Assembly (NCBI GenBank): GCA_963724295.1
Contig: CAVRUC010000005.1
Location: forward strand, 224,001 to 288,000
DNA from: an uncultured Chloroflexia bacterium
Lineage (GTDB): Bacteria > Chloroflexota > Chloroflexia > Thermomicrobiales > UBA6265
DNA: 64,000 nucleotides
Direction: 5' to 3'
Below the pieces are notes generated by a model. The model did not search any database, was not told the origin of the DNA, and was given only the letters and a program-made list of their open reading frames with translations. Shown one piece after another: positions 31,212 to 41,126 of this stretch. Within the stretch, counting starts at the first letter, position 1. Each line of letters starts with the position of its first letter. The translations under genes and the position numbers were made by a program.

Positions 31212-31996
31212 GGTGCGGTTCCTTCCTTACGTGCAGACCCGGATTTCGCACGCCATCATGCGGTGAGCTCGTGCCCGGGGTCGGGATGGTGATTGCAGAA
31301 GCTGTGCCATGACGCCAAGAGCCACTGGTCAACGGGCGACGGAATGGTCCGGGTTTACTGATGGACCGGATCGGCTTCTATGATGGTGACCGGAGCGATA
31401 CCTGAGGTGCGGCAGGTCGTCTGGATCACGGTGTCGGCCTGGGTTCGATGAATGAGCACGGCCAGTGCTGCTACCCGCCGTTGTCCTGCAGTCAGGAGCG
31501 TCGCTAGCGAGGCCCACCCTGCATTTGTCCTGTCGTCATTACCCACTTCATTCATGCTCTCGATGAGCGGCACCTTCGCACGCACGGCCGTCTCAATCAC
31601 GAAAACCGCCGCTAGCATCCGCGCTCCCGTGTCGTCCGTTAGGGAGGGGAGCGGCAGATGGTGCGGCGGACCTGGTAGCTGCGACCTTTGCTGGACCAAG
31701 GCATTGCGATCACGAATTGGTCAGGGAATTGTTGGCCCGGAGCGGAATCGGCTACGTTTCGTCTCGTATGTCGAGGTATGCCTGAACGCGGTGAGACGAA
31801 GTCAGCGCTGAACCTCATGGTCAGCAATGCCGCGCTCGCCTGGCTCCTCGACGCCGAGGTAGAAGGGCAGGGCATGCCGCAGTGATGCCGTCAATCGAGG
31901 GTCACCTCGTGTCGCGTACGGCCGCACCATGAAGCGCGCCCTGGCAGTCGTCATTGACCACCAGAGCGCGGAGATGCGAGAGATAGTGGGAACGTC

Positions 31997-32737
31997 CTAG
32001 CGATGCTGGGCCGAGTCTCCCTCGATGTCGTCGATGATGGTGGCATCCTCATCGACGAAGACCTCTTCGCGGCGGACAGAGCCGGAGACCTGCTCGGTGC
32101 GCTCGACGGCTTCCTTGCTGACGACCACTTCGCCGGTGACCCGGGCCTGCTTCTGCAGGTCGACCGTCTCGGTGGTCAAGGGCACGTCGATGACCGTCTC
32201 CTCGAAGGCCGCGGCATCCGTGGCACTGACCGGGCGGTCGACTACGCGCCGCTCGACGCGCACCCGCTCCTCGGTGACCGGGACGTTGAGGGTCTGCTCC
32301 TCGGTGACGACGTCCTTCTCGATGCGGACCGCCCCGGCCTCCTGCTCGCGGACCGTGGCGGTCAACTCCTCTTCCATGACAGGGATACGGAGCTGGTCCT
32401 CGGCGGCAACCTCGTAGGCGCCGACCTCCGTCTGGCCAGTAGAACGGGCGCCGCCGGTCGCGGTGACATCGACATCGGTGAGGACCGCGCCGGTGTCGGG
32501 CACCGTGTCCCAGCCGCTGTTCAACGCCGCGTCCTTGGCCAGATTCAGATTGACCTGGCCGTCACTTGCGCTGGCGATGGCGCTCGTGGGAATGTAGTAG
32601 TCCGTGGGGAAGAAGAAGCCCTTCTCCACCACGATGTAGCTCGACTGCACCTCGGCGACGGTGCCAACTTTGTCGCCGTCGCTGCCATAGACATCGTCAC
32701 CGACATTGATCTGGCTCGACCCGGTTGACCAGCTCAT
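31997..32737 (-). CDS. PRC-barrel/DUF2171 + YsnF/AvaK (DUF2382) stress protein, paralogue
   Basis: Same two domains, near-identical N-terminus to 30423..31211; GGAGG RBS. Confidence 0.85.
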   Translation of the reverse strand: MSWSTGSSQINVGDDVYGSDGDKVGTVAEVQSSYIVVEKGFFFPTDYYIPTSAIASASDGQVNLNLAKDAALNSGWDTVPDTGAVLTDVDVTATGGARSTGQTEVGAYEVAAEDQLRIPVMEEELTATVREQEAGAVRIEKDVVTEEQTLNVPVTEERVRVERRVVDRPVSATDAAAFEETVIDVPLTTETVDLQKQARVTGEVVVSKEAVERTEQVSGSVRREEVFVDEDATIIDDIEGDSAQHR

Positions 32738-32836
32738 CTGTTACCTCCGTATATCGCTGACTGCCTGACGGGACTGCCCGCCGACTGTTCGGTTTCGTAA
32801 GTCACGTCTGCACGCTTCGATGTGCCATCCGGCAGG

Positions 32837-33352
32837 CTACCCGCCGCCCATCATCTTCTTCATTGCCACAGCCGCGACCCCGCCCAGGACCGCCTTGCCG
32901 AGCGGACCTCCGAGCAAATCGCCACCGGAACTACTGGCTTGGGCATTTCCGCCACCGCCAAACATGCCACCCAGCATCCCGCCCAAGCCGCCCAGCGGGT
33001 CGTCACTCCCCTGTTGCTGCTGGTACTGCGAGAGCTCCCGGGCCATTCGCCGCGGATCATCATCGTCGTCGTTATCAATCTGGCCGCCCTGCTGTCGCAT
33101 CCGGCGGCGCAGCTCGCGCCGCTCCTCGCGCGACAGGCGACCGAGAGATTCAGCCGCGGCCTCCTCGTACTCCTGGGGCGAGAGGCGGCCGGCCGTTGCC
33201 CGGTAGTTCTGGATCACCTCGTCGTCATCGATGCCGTCGTACGGCCTCCCTCGTTCATAGCGCTCGATGAAGTCGTTAGCGCGCTGGCGCCGCACGGGTT
33301 CATCGTCATCGTCCTGCCCGCCAAACAGGCCTCCTAGCAATTGATCAACCAC
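32837..33352 (-). CDS. Hypothetical Gly/Gln-rich helical protein
   Basis: AGGAGG RBS before GTG 33352; GC-biased codon usage. Confidence 0.75.
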   Translation of the reverse strand: MVDQLLGGLFGGQDDDDEPVRRQRANDFIERYERGRPYDGIDDDEVIQNYRATAGRLSPQEYEEAAAESLGRLSREERRELRRRMRQQGGQIDNDDDDDPRRMARELSQYQQQQGSDDPLGGLGGMLGGMFGGGGNAQASSSGGDLLGGPLGKAVLGGVAAVAMKKMMGGG

Positions 33353-33735
33353 CGCCGTACCTCCTGGAAACTGCAACCTCTGTAGCGCGGACACGATGTC
33401 CGCCGCTACCAGCTAGCGTTGCATCCCGCTTTGCCGGTTGCGCTTCTAAGTTGACGACCCGTTCGTCGCCGCCAACTCTCAATGCATGCTTCGTGCCGCA
33501 TGAGAATGAACGACTCATAAACCAGGTTCGACCCGGTGTGCGCACGTTCTGGCAGACGCTGCTGGAGCTCTGTCCGGGTTGTTCTGGCACACGTGGTGCA
33601 TGGAGGCGACGCGAGCGCTCTGCGGGACTCCAGCGCGATGGATGCCACCCCTTTTTCGGGTGTCGTCCGCACGCCTCGTTCGAGCCGCGAAGTAGTCACG
33701 CCTCGTGCTTCCTTCGATCCTTGGAGTCGTTCTTC

Positions 33736-34623
33736 GTGAGACATTCGGGGCCGCTTTCGACCGCTCTTCAGGTGCTGCGTCAAACGCTGCGCGATGTTTG
33801 GGCCGGACAGGCGATGGAGTGGGCGGCCGCGCTGGCCTTCTACGGCGTTCTCTCCGTCTTCCCGTTGCTGCTCGCCGGCGCCGCATTGGCGAGCTACGTC
33901 GTTTCTCCGTCCGTCGTCACGGCTCGGCTGTCCACCGTGGTGGAGGCAGTGCTCCCAGCAGGTGTTGTCGATGTCGATCCGATCGTCTCGGCCGCCATCG
34001 CGGCGCGCGGGCAGGTCGGGCTGTTGGTGATCATTCTCTGGGTGCTTGCCGGCCGGCGAATCTTCGGCGCACTGGTGACTGCACTTGATCGCGTCTCGGA
34101 TGTCGATGCGCGCCACGAGACGGTGCGGCGCCGGGCGCTGGTCGAGTTGGTCGCCCTCGCGGGGACCGGCATGCTGTTTCTGGTGGCGCTGGTGGCGCGC
34201 TCCCTCCTGGGATTCGCGTGGGAGGCCGTCTGGGGGAGCGGGGCCAACTCTCCCGTAGCGTGGGCTGTGGGGGCCGTGGTCCATGCCCTGCTGCTGGCGT
34301 TGGCCTTCTTTGCGCTCTTCACCGTCGTTCCGCATGGGGAACGCAACCCGCGAGCGGCGATGATCGGCGCGATCGCCGCCACGGGACTTGTCCTCATCGC
34401 CCGCGCAATCTTCCTGGCGGCCCTCGACCGACTATGGGCGAGCTTCGCGCTGATCTATGGCCCGATGGCACTCGCGGCCCTGTTGCTCACGTGGGGCTGG
34501 GTCCTGGGGCTCATCGTCCTGTTCGGGGGATCACTCGCCTCCCACGTCAAGGTCATGCTCATCGAAGGGCGCAGCGCGTCCGAAGCCGAGCGGCGTCACG
34601 TCGCACATAAAGTCGCGGCGTGA
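33736..34623 (+). CDS. YihY/BrkB family membrane protein
   Basis: AAALAFYGVLSVFP, LIYG..AL...W...LFGG motifs; start re-called to GTG 33736. Confidence 0.88.
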   Translation: MRHSGPLSTALQVLRQTLRDVWAGQAMEWAAALAFYGVLSVFPLLLAGAALASYVVSPSVVTARLSTVVEAVLPAGVVDVDPIVSAAIAARGQVGLLVIILWVLAGRRIFGALVTALDRVSDVDARHETVRRRALVELVALAGTGMLFLVALVARSLLGFAWEAVWGSGANSPVAWAVGAVVHALLLALAFFALFTVVPHGERNPRAAMIGAIAATGLVLIARAIFLAALDRLWASFALIYGPMALAALLLTWGWVLGLIVLFGGSLASHVKVMLIEGRSASEAERRHVAHKVAA

Positions 34624-34709
34624 TCGCCGAGCAGCGAATAAGGTAGAACCACCGAGCCGCGGCGCAGTCTGGGCGTCGCATGACGAATTCCGGCAAGCGG
34701 CCGCAATGC

Positions 34710-34743
34710 GAGACGGAGCGAGCCGGCTGGCTCGCTCCGTCTC
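34710..34743. terminator. 15-bp perfect hairpin between convergent genes
   Basis: GAGACGGAGCGAGCC-GGCT-GGCTCGCTCCGTCTC; second hairpin at 34761-34788. Confidence 0.6.
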
Positions 34744-34801
34744 AGTTGTTAGCGATCCTGCGCCGGGTGGGTACGAGCCCACCCGGCGTTCGTCAGAGCG
34801 C

Positions 34802-35983
34802 TTAGCTCCCGACGATGATGGTGTTGCCCTCGTTGCCGCCGGAGTTGACATCGCCAACCGTCACCGTGCCACCGTTAGCTTCCGATACAGCGGTTCCGCC
34901 ATTTCCGGCCGCCGCATCGCCACCGGTGCCACCGGCCGCGGCGTTGCCGTCGCCGCCGTCAGCGGTGGAGACCGCGGTGCCGCCGTTGGCGCTGATGTCG
35001 ATCGTCGTCTCGTTGGTGACCGTGCCGCCGTCGACCGCCACGTTTCCGCCCTGGGTCCCCTCGACCACGATCGTGTTGCCGCGGTTGCCGCCGGAGTTGA
35101 TGTCGCCGACTGTCACCGTGCCGCCATTGGCTTCCGAGACAGCGGTGCCGCCGTTCCCGGCCGCCGCGTTGCCGCCGGCGCCACCAGCCGCGGCGTTGCC
35201 GTTCCCGCCGTTAGCGCTGGAGACCGCGGTGCCGCCATCCGCGCTGATTGCGATGGTGGTGGCGTTGCTCACAGTGCCGCCGTCGATGCGGACGTTCGAG
35301 GCGCGTCCGAACAGGCCACCGCCCAGGCCGACCACAATGGTGTTGCCGCGATTGCTGCCGGAGTTGATGTCGCCGACCTTGATCGCACCACCGTTGGCCT
35401 GTGCCACCGCCACGCCACCGAGACCCGCCGAGGCGTTGCCAAGGAGGCCACCGGCCGCGGCATTGCCGTTGCCACCGTTGGCGCTGGAGACCGCTGTGCC
35501 GCCATCGGCGCTCAGCCGCAGTGTCGTTTCATTGGAAACCGTGCCGCCGCTGACCGCCACGTTGCTCGGTCCGTAGTGGCACGGGGAGGAGCCGGTGCTC
35601 ACGACGACGGTGTTGCCCCGGTTGTTCCCGGAGTTGATGTCGTCGAGGTCGATCATTCCGCCGTTGGCCAGGGAGACCGCCACCCCAGCGTTGCCGGCCG
35701 AGGCGTTGCCACCGGCAGCGGCGTTGCCGTTGCCACCGTCGGCGGTGCTGACCGCGGTGCCGCCGTCCGCGCTCAGGTCGAGCGTCGTCTCGTTCGAAAC
35801 CCGGCCGCCATTGACCGCGATGTTCGAAGGCTGGTAGCAGCTCGTGGCCGACGCGGCCGGAGCCATCGTGGCGACACCGATCAGCATCGCGGCGACGGGA
35901 ACAAGCCGCAGCCCCGCAAGCAGCGCCGACCGCTTCTGCAGAATAAATCGCGCGGCTCCCCGCATTTGTGTCTGGTCCGTCAT
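34802..35983 (-). CDS. Secreted Gly/Asn/Ala-rich protein with four ~80-aa tandem repeats
   Basis: Sec signal ending APAASA; four copies of NVxVxGGTVSNETT..SADGGTAVS.A.GG.GNAAAGG...ANGG..V.DINSG.NRGNTIVV; GGAGAGG RBS before ATG 35983. Confidence 0.85.
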   Translation of the reverse strand: MTDQTQMRGAARFILQKRSALLAGLRLVPVAAMLIGVATMAPAASATSCYQPSNIAVNGGRVSNETTLDLSADGGTAVSTADGGNGNAAAGGNASAGNAGVAVSLANGGMIDLDDINSGNNRGNTVVVSTGSSPCHYGPSNVAVSGGTVSNETTLRLSADGGTAVSSANGGNGNAAAGGLLGNASAGLGGVAVAQANGGAIKVGDINSGSNRGNTIVVGLGGGLFGRASNVRIDGGTVSNATTIAISADGGTAVSSANGGNGNAAAGGAGGNAAAGNGGTAVSEANGGTVTVGDINSGGNRGNTIVVEGTQGGNVAVDGGTVTNETTIDISANGGTAVSTADGGDGNAAAGGTGGDAAAGNGGTAVSEANGGTVTVGDVNSGGNEGNTIIVGS

Positions 35984-36462
35984 GTCCCTCTCCTTGCTCT
36001 CGCTCTCGAACCGCTCGCCGGAATCCACTGCCTGCCGATTCACGATTGCCATGTCCTTGCTCCTTGCTCCTTGCACCGTGTGCTTGTCGTCCGGCCGTCC
36101 GTGCCTTCACGGCTCTGCAACCATTTCAACAGGCAAGGTCTCGCCGCACCGCCAACGGCTTGGCTGGGGCGGTGTCAAATCGGGAACAGAGCGGACAGGG
36201 GTGAATGGGACTCGTTACGCCCGTGGCGGGTCACTGCATTCGAGGGCAAATGGAGGTGAGGGGGTCAGGAAGGTGGCGGCAGGATTGAAGGTGATAGAGG
36301 GGGCGACCATGGCCTGCCACGCCGGAGCACCGGCCGTGGGATTTGTGGCGATGCCGAAGGAATCCACCACTTTCACCACCGCGCGCAGGCGCGGCCTGAT
36401 CGTGGGGCTGGCAGGCGCTCTGGCCCGCCAGCCCATACATGGAGTTGTGAGCGTCTGGAAGA

Positions 36463-37578
36463 CTAGGCGCCGAGGCGGTCGCGGATCGCCGTGAAGGCCG
36501 CGTGGCCCACGCTCACGAAGGTCGGCCCCACCGACGCCACACTGCCTGCCTCGTCATCGGACCAATTGAGGATGACCGCGAAATAGACCCAGCGCTGCGC
36601 CACGTACATGCCTCCGGCCGCTGAGAGCACGTGGTCCGAGAACGCGTCGAGGCTGCCCCCTTTGACAAAGGTATTGACCCCGAGCGGCAGAATCTGGGCG
36701 ATCTCGTCCTTCAACGAGAGCACTTCACGGAAGGCGACGAGCGTCTCGGGGTACTGGAATAGCTCGCCCGGCAGGGCGCGCGAGTAGAAGCTGACGAGCT
36801 CGTCTGCGGTACTGGCCATGGTGATCTCGTCATTGAGCGCGAAGCGCGGCGGGTATGGCGTGTTCTCCACGAGCGGCAGGAGCCGCTCCCAGGTGATGGT
36901 GCGCCAGTCGGGGTCGCCAAACACGTAGCCGACGTACTGCCGAGTGCTATCCGGAATTCGCGTCTGCCGTAGACCCAGGTCGGAAATGAGCCCACGCACC
37001 CGCTCGGGACCGACACGCTGCAGGAGCATGTCGGCGGCAGTGTCGTCGCTCTCGAGGATCATCGCTTGCAGCGCGGTGCGCGTCGTCACCTTGCCGGTGA
37101 GATTCGGGGGATTCAAGATGGGAGAGCCGAGCGTGAAGACGCTCTCGTCGAGCGCCAGTTCCTCCTGCATTTGCTCGCCCAGCTGAACGAAAAGCGGAGC
37201 CGAGGCCGTGGGATCCATGGTCTCCTCAGCTTGCCGGAGATACTCGGCCAGGACGAAGGCCTTGAAGGCGCTGGCGATAACGAGCTCGCGATCGGCCATG
37301 GCGGAAGCCGACCATTCGGCACGGCCGGCATCCGGTGGCGCCCAGAACTTGAGGCCTTTCGTTCCCGGGAGCGCATCGAAAAGCTCGATAACCTCGACGG
37401 CGAGGCCGTCCTGAGTCGGTTCCTCCCCGATCCCCGCCGTGGGCGTGGCATCCTGTGCTGCCACCGATCTCAGGGACGCGCCGCCGAGCCCGGCAGCCAC
37501 GCCGAGACCGCCGGCACGCAGGGCGCCCCGGCGGGAGAGCTTTCGCGGCGTGAAGCTTTCTGACCGCCGGTTGATCAT
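36463..37578 (-). CDS. Tat-exported serine hydrolase, class A beta-lactamase-like fold
   Basis: SRRGAL signal; SAFK (SxxK), SDD (SxN variant), KGG (KTG variant). Confidence 0.8.
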   Translation of the reverse strand: MINRRSESFTPRKLSRRGALRAGGLGVAAGLGGASLRSVAAQDATPTAGIGEEPTQDGLAVEVIELFDALPGTKGLKFWAPPDAGRAEWSASAMADRELVIASAFKAFVLAEYLRQAEETMDPTASAPLFVQLGEQMQEELALDESVFTLGSPILNPPNLTGKVTTRTALQAMILESDDTAADMLLQRVGPERVRGLISDLGLRQTRIPDSTRQYVGYVFGDPDWRTITWERLLPLVENTPYPPRFALNDEITMASTADELVSFYSRALPGELFQYPETLVAFREVLSLKDEIAQILPLGVNTFVKGGSLDAFSDHVLSAAGGMYVAQRWVYFAVILNWSDDEAGSVASVGPTFVSVGHAAFTAIRDRLGA

Positions 37579-37814
37579 GGGTTTGGCCCTCTCCTAACGG
37601 GACACGCTGAAGCTGCCCCAACACGCACTTAGACTGGTGCATCGCCTCGGTTCCCGAACTGTAGCGGATTCGGGGAGTCTGTCAACGGCAGCATCTGGCG
37701 CACAGCCGCGAAGACTGTCGTCGGTCCGGCATCGTCCTTGCGAGAGCCGGATTACCGCGCAGCGATCGGGCGACGGGACTGATCGAAGCGGTAACCGGTA
37801 ATGTGGAGTAAGCG

Positions 37815-39284
37815 GTGACGACATTGCCACCACGTCTGGAAACGGGAATCCCGGGACTCGATGCAGTCCTCGGCGGTGGGCTGCCGGCCGGGCGGACCAG
37901 CCTCGTCGCCGGGCAACCGGGTACAGGGAAGACGACGCTCGGCAATCAGCTCGCCTATCACCATGCCGCCGCCGGTGGCCGAGCCGTGGTGGCCACCCTT
38001 CTCGCCGAGACCCACGACCTGATGTTGACCAATCTCGCCAGCTTTACCTTCTTCGACACCTCGCTTGTCGGTGAGCGGGTGACTTACCTCAATCTCTTCG
38101 ATGCCCTGGAGGAGGGGCTGGACGCGGTCAGCACCGCCATCCGGCGCGTGGTGCGAGAGACAGGGGCCTCATTGCTCATCGTCGACGGAGCCACCGTCAT
38201 CGAGGATATCGCCCACTCTCCTCTTGCCCTGCGCCGCTTCGCGCAGCAATTGCACACCCAGGCCGCCGTCCTGGGCGCTACCACACTGCTGCTGACTGGT
38301 CACACTCGAGAGGAGCTCGGGGATCTCGGCGCCCACGTCGACGGCGTGATCGTGCTCGCCAACGAGCGGTTCGACTCCCGCCATGTCCGGCAGCTGGAGG
38401 TACTCAAGCTGCGCGGCGGTCCCCACGTGAGCGGCGCCCACGAGTTCACCATCAGCGAGATCGGTCTCACGGTCCACCCCCGCCTGGAGTCGGTGGCCGG
38501 CAAGCACCGCCCTCAAGAGGTGACCCGTGAGGGAGTTGGGCTCGGCACCGGTGTCGTTGCCCTCGATACCATGCTCGGCGGCGGGCTCCTGCCCTACTCC
38601 AGCACCCTGGTGATGGGCACTCCAGGCTCAGGTAAGACACTGCTCGGGCTCAGCTTCCTCATGGAAGGCGCCGTCCGCGGTGAACGCGGTCTCCTTGCCG
38701 GGTTCCATGAGACGGAGCCAGATCTGGTCACGACGGCGGCGAGGATTGGACTCGACCTGCGGGGAGCGATCGAGACCGGCCTGGTTCGTATCCAGTGGGA
38801 TCCCCCTCTGGAGCTCTCCGCCGATGCCTGGGCGTGGCGGCTCCTGGCGATCGTGGATGAACATCGCCCCGAGCGAGTTTTCATCGACGCCCTCACCGAC
38901 ATCCAACGGTTTTTTTCCTCCCCGCAACGGATGCCTACCTACTCAGCGGCCCTCACCAACGAGTTACGGGCGCGCGGGGCCACGGCCCTGATAGCCACGG
39001 AGATCGATGCGTACGTCGACGATCAGTTGCTCGTGCCGGTGCCGGCCGCCTCGGCGACGATGGACAACGGCATCCTGCTGCGCCAGATCGAGCTGCGCTC
39101 GGCCCTACACCGCCTGGTGTCGGTCCTCAAGTCCCGTCAGATGGAGACCGATCCCACCATTCGCGGGTTCGTCATCTCGGACCAGGGCATCGTCGTCAAT
39201 AGCCCATTTGCCGGCGCCACGTCCGGCCTGCTCACGGGTCGCGCCGTGCCGGCCGAGGCAACGACCGGAGCTGAGGCGCCGTGA
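37815..39284 (+). CDS. KaiC/RAD55-like double-domain ATPase
   Basis: Two RecA-type domains: TGIPGLD..LGGG..GQPGTGKT and TGVVALD..LGGG..GTPGSGKT; KLRG and KSR arginine-finger motifs. Confidence 0.9.
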   Translation: MTTLPPRLETGIPGLDAVLGGGLPAGRTSLVAGQPGTGKTTLGNQLAYHHAAAGGRAVVATLLAETHDLMLTNLASFTFFDTSLVGERVTYLNLFDALEEGLDAVSTAIRRVVRETGASLLIVDGATVIEDIAHSPLALRRFAQQLHTQAAVLGATTLLLTGHTREELGDLGAHVDGVIVLANERFDSRHVRQLEVLKLRGGPHVSGAHEFTISEIGLTVHPRLESVAGKHRPQEVTREGVGLGTGVVALDTMLGGGLLPYSSTLVMGTPGSGKTLLGLSFLMEGAVRGERGLLAGFHETEPDLVTTAARIGLDLRGAIETGLVRIQWDPPLELSADAWAWRLLAIVDEHRPERVFIDALTDIQRFFSSPQRMPTYSAALTNELRARGATALIATEIDAYVDDQLLVPVPAASATMDNGILLRQIELRSALHRLVSVLKSRQMETDPTIRGFVISDQGIVVNSPFAGATSGLLTGRAVPAEATTGAEAP

Positions 39285-39655
39285 AGACCGTCCTTGTCGT
39301 CGACGACGAACCGGTGCTGCGCGTTCTCATGCGAGAGATCCTGCAGGACGAGGGCTACGCCGTCATCGACGCGTCGGACGGCCAGGCCATGCTCGAGCTT
39401 CTGCAGGGCGTGCATCCCGATCTCGTGCTGATGGATGTGATGATGCCGGGTGTCGATGGACGGGAGGCCTACCAGGCACTGCGCTCACGGATGGACATGC
39501 CGGATCTGCCGGTCGTCATGATGAGCGCCGCGGTCCAGCCCGGCAAGCTGGACCCATCAATTGCCGCCTTCCTGCGCAAGCCCTTTGATCTGACCGAGCT
39601 AGTCGATCTGGTGGCTCACCTGATCGGCCCCCCAGGCGAGGACGGTAAGGCCTAG
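39281..39655 (+). CDS. Single-domain response regulator (receiver only)
   Basis: VVDDE, LMDVMMPG, MSA, KPF; GTGA overlap with the ATPase gene. Confidence 0.93.
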   Translation: MKTVLVVDDEPVLRVLMREILQDEGYAVIDASDGQAMLELLQGVHPDLVLMDVMMPGVDGREAYQALRSRMDMPDLPVVMMSAAVQPGKLDPSIAAFLRKPFDLTELVDLVAHLIGPPGEDGKA

Positions 39656-40000
39656 TCCACCAGCTCACGAGGCGATCGAGCACGAGGACCCCGGGCCAGC
39701 CGATTGCGAGTCTCGGTTGAATCCCTCGCGTTCGCAGCGGGCCCCGAGGTGGTCTCGGATTGATTGGTTGGGCCAACTCCGCGGTCCGCTCGTAGCGGCG
39801 ATGATCTATCATCTGCGCGGCCTGAATCGTCATCCGGTGCCCATTCCGATGGGGCGGAGAGAAGCGTGAATGCGCCACCGGATGCTCGTCCCGACGGTCG
39901 AACCTGTGCCACATTGCTGGCGCCGCTGACCGAGGAAATCCAAATCTGCGCATGTCCGCTCTGCAACCCGTCCTCCATTCCGCACGAGGTGTAGTCTTGA

Positions 40001-40978
40001 ATGAAGAGCACGCGGTTGCCGCGCCTGAATCACCGATTCGCTGGGCTCGTCGCGATGCTCGCATCGATCGTCCTGCTCTCCATGCTGAATTCGGCGGCCG
40101 CCCAGACTCCTGCCGCGAAGGAGCCACTTCATGTGGTCGCGAGCTTCAGCGTCCTCGGCGACCTGGTTAAGGATGTCGGCGGTGATGCCGTGCAGGTCAC
40201 GACGCTCATCGGTCCCGGGGTCGACGCCCATACCTACGATCCGGCCCCGGCGGATCTCGTCGTCCTGGAAGATGCCGATGTCGTCTTCGAGAACGGTCTC
40301 GGCTTCGAACCATGGCTCGATCGTTTCTTCGAGTCCACCCAACCCTCCGGCGCCCGGATCGTGGTCAGCGAAGGCATCACGCCGCGCACGATCGACGATG
40401 ATGAAACCGGGGAGAGCGCGCAGGAAGCCCAGGAGCATGGCGGAGTCGATCCGCACGTCTGGCACGACGTCGCCAACGCCATCGTCATGGTCGGCAACAT
40501 CCGTGACGCGCTCGTGAGCGAAGATCCCGCGAATGCCGCCCACTACGAGGCGAACGCGACAGCGACCATTGCCCGTTTTGAGGCCCTGGATGCATGGATC
40601 CGCCAGCAGGCCGCCACCCTGCCGGAAGATCGCCGCAAGCTCGTCACCTCTCATGACACCTTCGGCTACTTCGCCGCTGCCTACGACTTCGAGATCATTG
40701 GCACCGCGCTCGGCTCCCTCTCGACCGAGGCGGGCGATCCCTCCGCGCGTGACATTGGTCTGCTCGTTGAGGAGATCACGGCCACGGGTGTGCCGGCCAT
40801 CTTTGCCGAGAACGTTGCCAACCCTGATCTCATGGCATCCATTGCCGCCGAAGCGGGAGTCGAGTTGGCGCCGACGCTTTACACCGATGCCCTGGGACCA
40901 CCGGGCAGTCCCGGCGAAACCTACGAGGGCATGATGCGCAACAACGTAACAACCATCGTCGACGCGCTCACGGGCTAG
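40001..40978 (+). CDS. Zn/Mn ABC transporter substrate-binding protein (ZnuA/TroA family)
   Basis: DAHTYDP, DPHVW, TSHDTFGY, YTDALG; no permease or ATPase adjacent. Confidence 0.92.
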   Translation: MKSTRLPRLNHRFAGLVAMLASIVLLSMLNSAAAQTPAAKEPLHVVASFSVLGDLVKDVGGDAVQVTTLIGPGVDAHTYDPAPADLVVLEDADVVFENGLGFEPWLDRFFESTQPSGARIVVSEGITPRTIDDDETGESAQEAQEHGGVDPHVWHDVANAIVMVGNIRDALVSEDPANAAHYEANATATIARFEALDAWIRQQAATLPEDRRKLVTSHDTFGYFAAAYDFEIIGTALGSLSTEAGDPSARDIGLLVEEITATGVPAIFAENVANPDLMASIAAEAGVELAPTLYTDALGPPGSPGETYEGMMRNNVTTIVDALTG

Positions 40979-41126
40979 CCGATTATCGGGATCGTTCAAG
41001 GCGCGGCATCTCCTCCCGACCTGGAGAGTTCACGGCTTGTCAAGCCATCAGGTTGGGGAGTCGCTCGTCGCGGACGCGGTACGCTGTCTTGCCGTCTGGC
41101 CGTCTCGTTGGGAAGGGCGCTGACTG

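Noticed and set aside
31212..31996. Short ORFs between the two YsnF paralogues
   Set aside because: No RBS, motif or codon-bias support for any of the overlapping frames
34457..36259. 600-aa + strand ORF
   Set aside because: Antisense shadow of the repeat protein; GC-rich codon bias suppresses stops on the opposite strand
37686..37757. Resemblance to a c-di-GMP-I riboswitch (GGCAGC…GCGCACAGCC…AGCCGGATTACCG) upstream of the KaiC-like gene
   Set aside because: No room for the GNRA-capped P2 stem and key GCAAA motifs mismatch; an Infernal search would be needed to rescue it
37815..39284. Circadian clock kaiC
   Set aside because: No kaiA or kaiB, and the EE and ST motifs are not canonical; kept only as KaiC-like
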